NCBI GenBank assembly: GCA_963664705.1
Contig: OY761556.1
Span: 576,001 to 640,000, forward strand
Source: Acidobacteriota bacterium
GTDB lineage: Bacteria; Acidobacteriota; UBA6911
Length of the DNA stretch: 64,000 nt
Direction of reading: 5' to 3'
Made by a program: the position numbers and the translations under genes. Positions 9,731 to 19,454 of this stretch are shown here, piece after piece. Position 1 is the stretch's first letter. Every line of letters starts with the position of its first letter. The notes under the pieces are model-generated. The model made no database searches. It saw nothing but the letters and a program-made list of their open reading frames with translations, and was not told where the DNA came from.

Positions 9731-10842
9731 TCATTCCTCTGAATAATCTCGATAATTCTATCGGCATCGGAGGTCTGCATCGCCGGGTATATTGGCAGGC
9801 ACAGTACTTGGTCTGCAATTTGTCGTGCAACGGGGAGTCTGGCCTTGGCGGCAGATCGAAGGCCCCGGTACATTGGAAAGTCGCTGATCAGAGGGAAAAA
9901 GTAGCGGCGGGCATAAATATTATTCTTGCGGAATTTGATGTAAAGCTCATCCCGTGTGATGGGATAATCGGAATTAACAAAGATCGGGAAGTAGGAATAA
10001 TTGTGCCTGATTCCCGGAACAAGCTTCCCAAGGCTGATCCCCTTGATATTGGACAAAGCACTTCTGTAATAGGTGTCGATTAACTTGCGCTCCTCAATGG
10101 CTTTGTGCACATAACGAAGCTGCAGCAAGCCAAAAGCAGCCTGGATCTCATTCATTTTGCCGTTTATGCCCGGTGCGACCACGATCGTTTCATCCGCAAA
10201 ACCGAAATTTTTCAGGTAATCGATTCGCTGTTTAGTCCGTGCATCCTGGCATACAATGGCGCCACCCTCAAAAGTGTTATAAACCTTTGTAGCATGGAAA
10301 CTTAATACGGAGAGATCGCCGTAGCGAAGAATGCTTCCGCCCTGATCCTCCACTCCGAATGAATGGGCGGCATCATAGATCACCTTGAGTCCATAATTGT
10401 CCGCAATTTGCTGGATGGCATCAACGGCACAGGGGGTTCCGTAGCAATGCACCGGCATGATGGCCGATGTCGACGGCGTAATTGCGGCTTCGATCTGAGT
10501 GGGATCCAAATTGAACGTATCCGGATCCACATCGACAAAAACAGGCTTCAGTCCATTCCACAGGAGGGAGTGGGAAGAAGCAACGAAGGAATAGGGCGTA
10601 GTAATTACTTCTCCCGTTACTCGCAGACACTGTAAGGCGCTTACCAGCGCCAGAGTTCCATTCGCGAAAAGCGATATATGGTTTATGCCCAGCATATCCT
10701 TAAGGGCATCTTCGAGCTTTTGATGAAAAGGCCCATTATTGGTCAGAATCCTTGTATTCCAGATCTCAGTCAGGTAGGGAAGGAACTCCTCAAGAGGAGG
10801 CACAAATGGTCGAGTTACATATAGTTTCTGGTCGGCGCTCAT
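9727..10842 (-). CDS. DegT/DnrJ/EryC1/StrS sugar aminotransferase (VioA-like)
   Basis: YVTRPFVPP, LTNNGP, DAAHSFG, SFHATKVYNTFEGG, GINGKMNE, ARRYF. Start placed at ATG 10842 (MSADQK). Confidence 0.92.
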   Translation of the reverse strand: MSADQKLYVTRPFVPPLEEFLPYLTEIWNTRILTNNGPFHQKLEDALKDMLGINHISLFANGTLALVSALQCLRVTGEVITTPYSFVASSHSLLWNGLKPVFVDVDPDTFNLDPTQIEAAITPSTSAIMPVHCYGTPCAVDAIQQIADNYGLKVIYDAAHSFGVEDQGGSILRYGDLSVLSFHATKVYNTFEGGAIVCQDARTKQRIDYLKNFGFADETIVVAPGINGKMNEIQAAFGLLQLRYVHKAIEERKLIDTYYRSALSNIKGISLGKLVPGIRHNYSYFPIFVNSDYPITRDELYIKFRKNNIYARRYFFPLISDFPMYRGLRSAAKARLPVARQIADQVLCLPIYPAMQTSDADRIIEIIQRNE

Positions 10843-10944
10843 AGTGGGCCTAATTTGTATCAACAAATTCAATCCAAGCACAAGTAGTTTCTGCTCTCCT
10901 GGAGCATTGGGCGGGAAGTCGCAGTGGGCAAGAAAATGACAGGC

Positions 10945-11700
10945 TCAGCGAATGAAATAAATAATGGATACAATCAATCCGATACTGACCACCGTCCAGC
11001 GCAAGGTGCCCGGTTTGATGCGGCCGGCCAGCCTTCCTCCCAGGACTCCACCTGCCAGGGATCCCGCTGCCATTACAACCGCAATCGACCAATGCACGCG
11101 GCCGGAGAACAGGAAGAAGATTGCCGCTGCGCTGTTGACGCAAAAAGCAATCGCCTGCTTTAAAGCATTCAGCCGCGTCAATGAATCCTCAATCACTACC
11201 CCGAGAATCGCGAGCACAATCACGCTCAGGCCGGCTCCAAAATAGCCGCCATAGACGCCGGCCAGAAATATGGGGATGACTGCCCAAAACTCGCGGAGAT
11301 GCGCCCGGCCGGCGCGCCGTCCAAGCCATGCACGGACGGGGTCCTGGATCGACAGCAATGCCGATGCGAGCAAGATCAGAAACGGGACTAGCGTACGGAA
11401 TACTCGCTCTCCCGTATTCAACAGGAGGATGCCGCCTGCCACTCCACCGATTATGGATGCCGGCAGTGCCATCCAAAGCCGTTTTCCCCGGCCGGATAAA
11501 TCGTGGGATTGTGCAAAGGTCGCGCCAAGATATCCCGGGCACAAGGCAACTGTGTTGGTGATATTGGCTTCTACCGCGGGAATGCCGACAGCCGTCAGCA
11601 TTGGGAACGTGATCAGCGTACCGCCGCCCGCAATAGCATTCACCACGCCGGCGGCTGCCGCCGACAAACCTACCAGAAGATAGCTCAGTCCATGGATCAT
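10945..11700 (-). CDS. TauE/SafE (TSUP) family permease
   Basis: [27 protein letters not shown], about 8 TMs. Confidence 0.9.
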   Translation of the reverse strand: MIHGLSYLLVGLSAAAAGVVNAIAGGGTLITFPMLTAVGIPAVEANITNTVALCPGYLGATFAQSHDLSGRGKRLWMALPASIIGGVAGGILLLNTGERVFRTLVPFLILLASALLSIQDPVRAWLGRRAGRAHLREFWAVIPIFLAGVYGGYFGAGLSVIVLAILGVVIEDSLTRLNALKQAIAFCVNSAAAIFFLFSGRVHWSIAVVMAAGSLAGGVLGGRLAGRIKPGTLRWTVVSIGLIVSIIYFIR

Positions 11701-11759
11701 CCGGGCTCTCCCAGTCGGGGTTCACTTCCGGAGCGTGTTCGGAATGGCGCGATGCGCTC

Positions 11760-13100
11760 TCAGTATCGGACGTGATCGAGAAAGCTGATCGTGTCTTTAA
11801 TGGTTATTCGCAGAATCTTGTCGCCGGCAACGATTTTGTCTGCGACCGGCATTCCGCTGATGACACGGCCAAAGCATGTATCGACGCCATCGCGATAGGG
11901 AAGTGGAGCCAGGGCCAGGAAAAGGCTTTTATTATTCGGATTTGCACGATCTACCGACAGGCCGAGGCTTCCGCGTTCGAAAGGTCTCATGTTAACCTCT
12001 CCGTTCATCGACCATCCAAAACCGTTGGAATCGCTCATCACCTCGCCGCCAATCTGTAGGCCGCCTGTCACCTGGTTGAAGATGAATCCCGATTTTTTCT
12101 GCTGCCAATTGTCCTGGCTCGAAAAATTGAAACGGCCGTGGCCGGCCGCGAGGATAAAATTGGCGACAGTCAAAGGCGCGTCATCGCGGAATAGTTCAAT
12201 TTCAAGAGTGCCGCGACTGGTTTCCACCACGGCAACCGTACTGTTTTTGCGGCTGGAGGCCAGCGCATAACTGGTGGTGTCGGTAATAGAGGATTCTACC
12301 GGGCCTGGATCCGAGGCATCCGAAGACAGCCCCATCCTCTGCAGAACTGCCAGCGATACTGTCGGCTGTGCATCGGAACTGGCAGGTGGTGTGGCGATAG
12401 CCAATTCCTCCTTTTGTTCAATCCGGGCTCTGGCTTCGTTGGCGCGCCGTCGAATTTCAGCATCGGTGCTTCCGGCCAATTGTTCGAGTATCGAGATGGC
12501 GGACTGATCCTTGATACGTGCCAGTGCAGTAATGGCATACTCTGCACAGGCGCGTTCTGCCGGCGATCCGTTTAAAACGAGGGGAAAGCGCTCAAGACTC
12601 TGAAGGATTGCTGCCGCTTCAGGATGGGCCCCAATCTTGCCTAAAGCTTCCATTGCCCGCATCCGAACCGAGATGGATCGATCCGAAAGCAAAGCGCGCA
12701 ATGTCGTCAAAGCTTCGGGATCCGGTGGCGACAATGAATCCCTGGGCAGCTCCCGATCAATGATCTCTCCGATGGAAAAGGCGGCTGCGGCACGAACCGA
12801 AGTGTCTCCCGCGTGTGCGGCACGGTAAAGCAACGGCAAGGCTCGTGGCGATGCTATCCTGCCCAGCGCGATAGCACACCACTCTCGCACTTCCGGATTC
12901 TGGTTGGCCAGAAGGTTGTTCTCAAAAAAGCGGTCGTTTCCGATCCAGCGACGATCTACACGCTGCAGAATCTGCGCGTAGTAGCTATTCAGCTCAAGTT
13001 CGTGACGTGCCCGGTAGCGCCCGCAGGAAATAGTCGGGAGAATGGCAAGAATCAGACCTAATATCCAGGTCCTTCGGAAGCATGTTCGATTGGGAAGCAT
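11760..13100 (-). CDS. Lipoprotein with HEAT repeats and degenerate cyclophilin-type PPIase domain
   Basis: Lipobox-like TISC. HEAT repeats (VREWCAIALGRI, VRAAAAFSIGEI, VRMRAMEALGKI). C-terminal ETSRGTLEIELFRDDAPLTVANF...FGRVISGM. Confidence 0.8.
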   Translation of the reverse strand: MLPNRTCFRRTWILGLILAILPTISCGRYRARHELELNSYYAQILQRVDRRWIGNDRFFENNLLANQNPEVREWCAIALGRIASPRALPLLYRAAHAGDTSVRAAAAFSIGEIIDRELPRDSLSPPDPEALTTLRALLSDRSISVRMRAMEALGKIGAHPEAAAILQSLERFPLVLNGSPAERACAEYAITALARIKDQSAISILEQLAGSTDAEIRRRANEARARIEQKEELAIATPPASSDAQPTVSLAVLQRMGLSSDASDPGPVESSITDTTSYALASSRKNSTVAVVETSRGTLEIELFRDDAPLTVANFILAAGHGRFNFSSQDNWQQKKSGFIFNQVTGGLQIGGEVMSDSNGFGWSMNGEVNMRPFERGSLGLSVDRANPNNKSLFLALAPLPYRDGVDTCFGRVISGMPVADKIVAGDKILRITIKDTISFLDHVRY

Positions 13101-13203
13101 TATCTCTCTCAAAAAATACGGAACCAACCTGTCAAGGGTCTCCCTTTTGGAAATGGGCTATCTCTTTTGGGGAAAATGAGATCCGTGAAATTGTTTCCGC
13201 GGG

Positions 13204-13731
13204 TTATTCGTACTTCAGTCCCGTGATTTCGTAACTGATCTGTTTTGGATTCCAATAATACTCGACGGATTCAACTCCGATGGTAAAGGGTCTTCTCTCG
13301 AGCGGAGACATCGGTTTTCCGCTGATGCCAGCTCCCGGACGCAGTGCAAATGCCGTGCGCTCCTTGGATACCTTTCCCCACGAGTCGAACAGCGTGACGT
13401 GAAGCTCGACCGCTTCCAGCGTGCGGTCGCCATCGTTGAGAATGGTGCCGTCAATAATGGCGATCCGGGCATTGTTAAAGCTGAGTCCAAGGGTTGCCTT
13501 GACATTTTCTATCCGGATCTTGGTCTTATAGTACTCAAAATTGGTATTTCCCTTGCGGAGCAACCCGGGAACGACGACCGCGCCTGAGCCGGATTTGGGT
13601 TGTGCCGTGCGCTGGTACCGCACATAGAGCAGAATACTACCCAGCAACACAACCAGCATTCCGAGCGCTATGAGGAGCTTGGTCGGGCTGAATGACCTTC
13701 GCGGCTCAGATGTGAATTCGATCATTGGCAT
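13204..13731 (-). CDS. Single-TM protein with FxLYD/DUF3426-like extracytoplasmic domain
   Basis: One TM, then IDGTILNDGDRTLEAVELHVTLFDSWGK. GGAGG precedes ATG 13731. Confidence 0.6.
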   Translation of the reverse strand: MPMIEFTSEPRRSFSPTKLLIALGMLVVLLGSILLYVRYQRTAQPKSGSGAVVVPGLLRKGNTNFEYYKTKIRIENVKATLGLSFNNARIAIIDGTILNDGDRTLEAVELHVTLFDSWGKVSKERTAFALRPGAGISGKPMSPLERRPFTIGVESVEYYWNPKQISYEITGLKYE

Positions 13732-14139
13732 ATCCTCCGTCTTGCGCTGCATTAGCGGTCTGCTCTCACAGGCTCTCAATTATATCCCTCAAGACCGGGG
13801 ACAGTCATTGAAATCCCAACGAACAGGCTTTGACAAGGGTATAGATACTGCCCATTGCCCATTAGTTCCGCTTTTTGATGGAGAGATTCACTCAGGGTTT
13901 GACAAATATGTCGTTTAAGTTTCTAATGGGTGCCAAATAGGCAGCAATAGGCTGGAGAAGTTCTTCATTTTTCGCGGCCGGTGAAAATCGGCTCGACAGA
14001 TGCAGGACCAAGGACCCGGTTTCTTGTGGCGGACTGAACTTGGCGAGTTATCCGTCACATGAAATCTGCAAACTTTTTTTCCCCGGGCCCTGCAGAATAG
14101 TACGGGTGAGTATTTGAAAAGTTTCACTCCGTACTCAAA

Positions 14140-15645
14140 ATGGCAGGGCTGGAGGAGTGGCGTAACCGGATGAACTCCTCTCGTAAGTACCTTTGGCTTG
14201 CCGCAATCCTGGCAGCCGAAGTTGTGTTGTTTGTTTGGAAGTGCAATCACTTTTTTAACGGCGACAGCCTGTTCTTCTTTTCCCACGAGGTGTCGGGTTG
14301 GTCCGACATTGGGCGCGTCTTCAGTGCCAAGGACCATCTCTGGCAATATCGACCGCTTACTTTTGTCATTTTCTCATTCCTGCTTAAGCCGCTGTTCGGG
14401 ACCAATCCCATTGGCTACAACCTTTTTCCGCTTGTGGTTCATGCCGCGAACACTCTTCTTGTGTTTGGCATTCTGCGAAGGCTTGGGCTGGCTGAACGCG
14501 CGGCGCTGATTGGCACTTTTTTCTTTGGGGCGCATTCCACTGCGTTTTACGTAACCTATTGTGTCGCGTTCCTTCCGGACCTCAGCTATTCATTTTTCTA
14601 CCTGCTTTCGATGTTCTGGTTCGTGAAATATCTGCGGCTGGAGAGATACGGCACCATGGCGATCTCTCTTCTGTTTTTCGTACTCGCGCTTTTCTGCAAG
14701 GAAGCTGCCATCACTTTGCCGGTCATTGTTTTTGCGATCGCTTTCCTGTGGGGATCGCAGGGGTTTTTCCGTCGCCCGGAATCCGTGGTGCAGGCGGCCA
14801 GGACCGCATTTATTCGATCCTTCCATTTTCTGTTCTTTGGCGCTGTGTATTTGAGTTTCCACCTGATTTCCAAGGCCGGACAGGTATATGCGCCCGGCGT
14901 GGAGCATCCTCATCATCTGGAATTGTCCCTGAGCGTCCTCCGCCTCAAGTACAAATACCTGAAGTGGGCTTTTAATCTGCCGGACGGCCTTCTTTTCAGT
15001 TTTGAAGGGATTGCCAATTACTTGATTGCATTCGCACTCCTAATATTTGTCCTTCCGTTTGTTTTGTCTCTTATTCGCAGGCTTTTTGCTTTGGATCCGG
15101 TTAGCTGGGTCGGGACGATCTGGTTTGTGGCGGCGCTCAGCCCTGTTCTTTTTCTGCGCAATCTTACAATGAATCACAACCTTTACGTGCCGGTGGTGGG
15201 GCTGGCTCTTGTTTTTGGCGCCTGGATGCATGAGACACTGGATAGTTTTGATGATAAAGGCAAAACATGGGTGCATAACGCGATCGTGGCCTACGTGCTC
15301 ATCTTCATGATCGCTGTGTTTCACCACAACCTGATCGCAGTCAGGAAATCCTGGATTGGAGAGGCTTCAACCATTGCGGAAACATCATTGCGCGATCTAA
15401 AAAGCCTGCGGCCCACCCTCCCGGATGGAGCAACACTGTATTTTGTGGACAAATCCTCGTTGGGGAGTCTCCGGTGGTTTTATGATTACGGCACGCTTGT
15501 CAGGCTATTTTACCCGGCAAAATCACTGGATATCCGGTTTGTCGATCGGGGGTATACGCTGCCCGATCGACAGGATATGCCTCCGGGAGCGATGGTTTTC
15601 GAATATGATGGATCTCACCTTTCGGAAGTTCCCGGCGGAGTATAG
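14140..15645 (+). CDS. GT-C (PMT/ArnT-like) multi-pass glycosyltransferase candidate
   Basis: FFNGDS after TM1, YRPL, HAANTLLV, ALFCKEAA, NLYVPVVG. Alternative start 14170. Confidence 0.72.
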   Translation: MAGLEEWRNRMNSSRKYLWLAAILAAEVVLFVWKCNHFFNGDSLFFFSHEVSGWSDIGRVFSAKDHLWQYRPLTFVIFSFLLKPLFGTNPIGYNLFPLVVHAANTLLVFGILRRLGLAERAALIGTFFFGAHSTAFYVTYCVAFLPDLSYSFFYLLSMFWFVKYLRLERYGTMAISLLFFVLALFCKEAAITLPVIVFAIAFLWGSQGFFRRPESVVQAARTAFIRSFHFLFFGAVYLSFHLISKAGQVYAPGVEHPHHLELSLSVLRLKYKYLKWAFNLPDGLLFSFEGIANYLIAFALLIFVLPFVLSLIRRLFALDPVSWVGTIWFVAALSPVLFLRNLTMNHNLYVPVVGLALVFGAWMHETLDSFDDKGKTWVHNAIVAYVLIFMIAVFHHNLIAVRKSWIGEASTIAETSLRDLKSLRPTLPDGATLYFVDKSSLGSLRWFYDYGTLVRLFYPAKSLDIRFVDRGYTLPDRQDMPPGAMVFEYDGSHLSEVPGGV

Positions 15646-15668
15646 GTTCGGGTGGAGAGGATAAGGGC

Positions 15669-16475
15669 ATGATGCCTTCGGAAGTTAAGCCCAGAAATGC
15701 AAAGCGGTATTCCATATCAGCCTTTTTCCCTGCCTATAATGATGCAGGTTCAATTGGGAAGGTGGTGCGGACAGCCGCCGCGTTGCTTCCCGAACTTGCT
15801 TCGGAATATGAAATCGTTGTGGTCAACGATGGTTCTGCCGATGAAACCGGGAATGTCCTCCGCTCTCTTGCCGCGGAGATCCCTTTACTCAAGGTAATTG
15901 AACATCCGATAAACCGTGGATATGGGGCAGCGCTGATTACGGGATTCTCCAACTGCTCAAAGGAACTGATATTCTACACGGACGGGGATGGGCAATACGA
16001 CGTGCGGGAGCTGGAATCCTTGCTCTCTTCGTTCGGCGAAAACATCGACCTGGTGAATGGCTATAAAATCAGCCGCTCCGATCCTCTTCATCGAATTATC
16101 ATTGGCGGTGCCTATCAGCGATTGATGCGATTTATGTTCCAGTTGAAGATCAAGGACGTCGATTGCGATTTCCGCCTCTTCCGTCGTTCGCTGCTGATTC
16201 GAACGCCCCTGACCTTTGAAAGTGGCGTGATCTGCGTCGAGATGATGAAAAGATTTGAAACGCAGGGGTGCCGGACCGTTGAGATGCCTGTTCATCATTA
16301 CCCGCGGTTCCATGGCAGCAGCCAGTTCTTCACGGTCAAACACCTTCGCAAAATATTCGGGCAGCTTTTTGTCGCCTGGTGCAAACTTGTTGCCGCCCCG
16401 GTATTTTCACGTGACTCCAAAATGCCGGAATTAAGCCTGAGGCGTGAGGGCGCGGTGCGGAGTTCGAATGAATGA
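15669..16475 (+). CDS. GT2 dolichol/polyprenyl-phosphate glycosyltransferase-like
   Basis: ISAFFPAYND, VNDGSADET, NRGYGAAL, TDGDGQYD, DVDCDFRLF. Confidence 0.9.
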   Translation: MMPSEVKPRNAKRYSISAFFPAYNDAGSIGKVVRTAAALLPELASEYEIVVVNDGSADETGNVLRSLAAEIPLLKVIEHPINRGYGAALITGFSNCSKELIFYTDGDGQYDVRELESLLSSFGENIDLVNGYKISRSDPLHRIIIGGAYQRLMRFMFQLKIKDVDCDFRLFRRSLLIRTPLTFESGVICVEMMKRFETQGCRTVEMPVHHYPRFHGSSQFFTVKHLRKIFGQLFVAWCKLVAAPVFSRDSKMPELSLRREGAVRSSNE

Positions 16476-17469
16476 AGTGCTCTCAATCTATGATGGCAAA
16501 ACAGTCCTCATCACGGGAGGGCTGGGCTTCATAGGAAGCAATGTCGCGATGCGACTGGCCGAAGCCAGCCGGGCTGAGATACGTATTGTAGATTCGCTTT
16601 CTTCCTCCTGTGGAGGGAATCCCGACAATATCCAGGGTATTTCCCGTCCTGTTCAGATCCACACCTTCGACTTGCGAGAAACCTCGCGGTTGCGGGAAGT
16701 GGTGAGTGGAGTGGATGTCATCTTCAACCTCGCAGGCCATGTCAGCCACGTGGATTCCATGCGAGATCCGCTTCAGGATTTGGGTGGGAATGCCGCGGCG
16801 CACCTTTGCCTGCTTGAAACCTGCCGGGCTGTCAATCCGCGTGTCCGGGTTATCTATTCCAGTACCCGACAGTTTTATGGCCGCCCGCAGTATCTTCCCG
16901 TGAACGAGGAGCATCCCATCCTGCCGGTCGATATCAATGGCGTGAACAAATATGCGACCGAGCTTTACCACCGGATCTATCATCAGGTTCACGGGATCGA
17001 AACCTGCTCGCTTCGCCTGACCAACACCTACGGGCCGAGGCAGTTGATTCGGAATGCCAGCCAGGGGTTCATCGGCTGGTTTTTTCACCAGATCCTCTGC
17101 AACCAGGAGATGGTACTTTTTGGTGACGGATTGCAGATCCGAGACCTGACCTATGTTGATTGCGTCGTCAATGCTCTGCTGATTGCCGGGATACATCCCA
17201 AAGCACCGGGCAAGGTATACAACCTTGGAGGCCCAGCCCCAATTACATTGCTCAAGCTGGCTGAGTTGATGATTGCTATTGCGGGCAGAGGCAGCTATCG
17301 GTTCGTGCCTTTCCCTGACGAAGGCAAGAAGATCGACATTGGGAACTATTATGGTTCATATTCCCGAATTCAGGAGGAATTGGGCTGGAGACCGGAGATC
17401 ACCCTGGAAGACGGGATCCGGCGCACGTTGAGCTACTTTGGCCGCCATCCGGCTTATATTGGGAAATGA
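16468..17469 (+). CDS. NAD-dependent nucleotide-sugar epimerase/dehydratase
   Basis: ITGGLGFIGS, FNLAGHVSH, NGVNK, RLTNTYGPRQ, RDLTYV. Confidence 0.9.
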   Translation: MNEVLSIYDGKTVLITGGLGFIGSNVAMRLAEASRAEIRIVDSLSSSCGGNPDNIQGISRPVQIHTFDLRETSRLREVVSGVDVIFNLAGHVSHVDSMRDPLQDLGGNAAAHLCLLETCRAVNPRVRVIYSSTRQFYGRPQYLPVNEEHPILPVDINGVNKYATELYHRIYHQVHGIETCSLRLTNTYGPRQLIRNASQGFIGWFFHQILCNQEMVLFGDGLQIRDLTYVDCVVNALLIAGIHPKAPGKVYNLGGPAPITLLKLAELMIAIAGRGSYRFVPFPDEGKKIDIGNYYGSYSRIQEELGWRPEITLEDGIRRTLSYFGRHPAYIGK

Positions 17470-18587
17470 CATTGCAAAACATCCCCTTCCTCGATCTCCG
17501 CAGAGGCTATCCCGCCCAGCGGGAAATGATTGAACAGATTATTGCGGGCGTGCTGGCGAGCGGAATCTATATCTTAGGCCCGCAACTGGAATCGCTTGAG
17601 CGGGAGTTTGCCGCCTCCATCGGCGTGCCATTCGCGGCCGGTGTCGGTTCGGGAACCGATGCCCTGATCCTTGCGTTGGAAGCGAGTGGCTGCGTCGTTC
17701 CAGGGCGGGGGGATGAGGTCATTACTCCCGCGATATCGGCTGCCTTTACGGCATTGGCCATCTATCGCGCCGGTGCTGTCCCACGGTTTGTGGACGTCGA
17801 GCCCGCAACTTTGCAGATTGATTCCAGCCAGATCGAAGCTGCCATTACCGATAAAACGCGCGCCATACTTCCTGTGCATTTGTATGGCTATCCCTGCGAT
17901 ATTGACCGGATTCTCCAATTGGCAGCCCGTTATGAGCTGGTTGTAGTCGAAGACGCCTGCCAGGCCCATGGGTCACGACTGTCGGGCAAATCGCTGGGGA
18001 GTTATGGAAGGGCATCCGCTTTCAGCTTCTATCCGACGAAAAACCTGGGAGCCTTCGGAGATGGCGGCATTGTGGCGACGGGAGATGAAGCCCTGGACCG
18101 GCGGGTCCGGATGCTGAGGCACGGAGGGCAGGATCGGACCTATCATCACGCTCTGCTGGGTTGCTGCTCGCGTCTCGATGAAATTCAATCCGCTCTTTTG
18201 AGAATGAAATTGGGGCAGCTGGAGCGACGCAACGAAATCCGCCGGAAACTCGCCTCTCGCTATGATGAGGCATTCAGTTCGCTGGACCTGCAACGATTGC
18301 CGTCAATACCGGATTTGATTCCCAACCGTCATTTATACCCTGTTTGCACTCCCAGGAGAGAAGAGCTGCGCAGTTTCCTGAGCGAGAACGGAGTCCAGAC
18401 GCTCGTCCACTATCCGATACCATTGCCCGATCAGCCGGCATTCAGTCATTTTGTATTGCCTGGCCAGGAGTTTCCTGTTGCCCGGAGGGTGACCCAGGAG
18501 ATCTTCTCTCTCCCGCTATATCCGGAATTTCAGGAAGAGGAACTGCAGCACACGATCCGGATGGTACGCAAGTTTTTCAAGGGTTAA
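17466..18587 (+). CDS. DegT/DnrJ/EryC1/StrS sugar aminotransferase
   Basis: GSGTDAL, PVHLYG, EDACQAHG, SFYPTKNLGAFGDGG, SRLDEIQ. Confidence 0.93.
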   Translation: MTLQNIPFLDLRRGYPAQREMIEQIIAGVLASGIYILGPQLESLEREFAASIGVPFAAGVGSGTDALILALEASGCVVPGRGDEVITPAISAAFTALAIYRAGAVPRFVDVEPATLQIDSSQIEAAITDKTRAILPVHLYGYPCDIDRILQLAARYELVVVEDACQAHGSRLSGKSLGSYGRASAFSFYPTKNLGAFGDGGIVATGDEALDRRVRMLRHGGQDRTYHHALLGCCSRLDEIQSALLRMKLGQLERRNEIRRKLASRYDEAFSSLDLQRLPSIPDLIPNRHLYPVCTPRREELRSFLSENGVQTLVHYPIPLPDQPAFSHFVLPGQEFPVARRVTQEIFSLPLYPEFQEEELQHTIRMVRKFFKG

Positions 18588-18590
18588 GCT

Positions 18591-19355
18591 ATGGAAGATC
18601 AGGAATACCTCCACATGTATGACGAGGAAGTATTCCATTGGTGGTACGAAGGAATGCGTGCCATCACACTGAAAGTGCTGCCGCCGGAATCTCTGCCATC
18701 TTCTCCCGTGGTGCTCGATGCAGGCTGTGGGACCGGGTACAACATCAGCTGGCTTCAACGGCAGTATGGCGCCGGTGTCACGGGGCTTGATTTTTCCCCA
18801 CGGGCGCTTGAATTTTGCCGGCGGCGTGGTGCGCAGGATCTGGTTCGCGCGGATATCGCTTCAATTCCTCTCGCAGGGAATATTTTTGATCTCATTTTAT
18901 GTTTTGACGTACTGACCCATTTGAAGGATGCGCCCGCCCGAGCAAGAGCTCTGCAGGAATTTCTTCGGGTGCTGAAGCCTGGAGGATGTCTTCTGCTTCG
19001 TGTGCCGGCATACCGGTTTTTGCGCAGCGGGCACGACGAGGCGGTTATGGCGTATCACCGGTACAGTCTGAGAGAACTGAAGATGGTTGCGGGAAATGCC
19101 GGATTTGAAATCGTGCGCCTGACCGGAGCGAATACTCTGCTATTCCCGGTGGCTGTTATCTGGCGGACAATGAAAAAAATCGGACTTGCTCCCGACGGAT
19201 CCGATGTCCGCTCGACGACTCGAGGTAAGAGCGGTTTGAATCAAATTCTCACCTCTATTCTGCAGTTCGAAGCATCGATCCTGGGACGCTCAGATTTCGG
19301 TTTTGGACTTTCCATCTTCCTGCTGGCGAGAAAACCGAAGCTGGATATCCAATGA
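18591..19355 (+). CDS. Class I SAM-dependent methyltransferase
   Basis: HWWY, VLDAGCGTG, LKPGG, VPAY...HD...HRY. Same subfamily as 3919-4821. Confidence 0.88.
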   Translation: MEDQEYLHMYDEEVFHWWYEGMRAITLKVLPPESLPSSPVVLDAGCGTGYNISWLQRQYGAGVTGLDFSPRALEFCRRRGAQDLVRADIASIPLAGNIFDLILCFDVLTHLKDAPARARALQEFLRVLKPGGCLLLRVPAYRFLRSGHDEAVMAYHRYSLRELKMVAGNAGFEIVRLTGANTLLFPVAVIWRTMKKIGLAPDGSDVRSTTRGKSGLNQILTSILQFEASILGRSDFGFGLSIFLLARKPKLDIQ

Positions 19356-19454
19356 GGCAGGATGGCCCCGGCCTCTTCCCGATTATTATTGCTGTGAAGC
19401 AGGTATTTGCTGATCGCTACTAGTATGATAGCCTTCCGCTTTTGGGGACGAATC

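Noticed and set aside
13915-14346. 143-aa minus-strand ORF in the divergent region
   Set aside because: Overlaps the GT-C-like gene start on the opposite strand and has no recognisable motifs.
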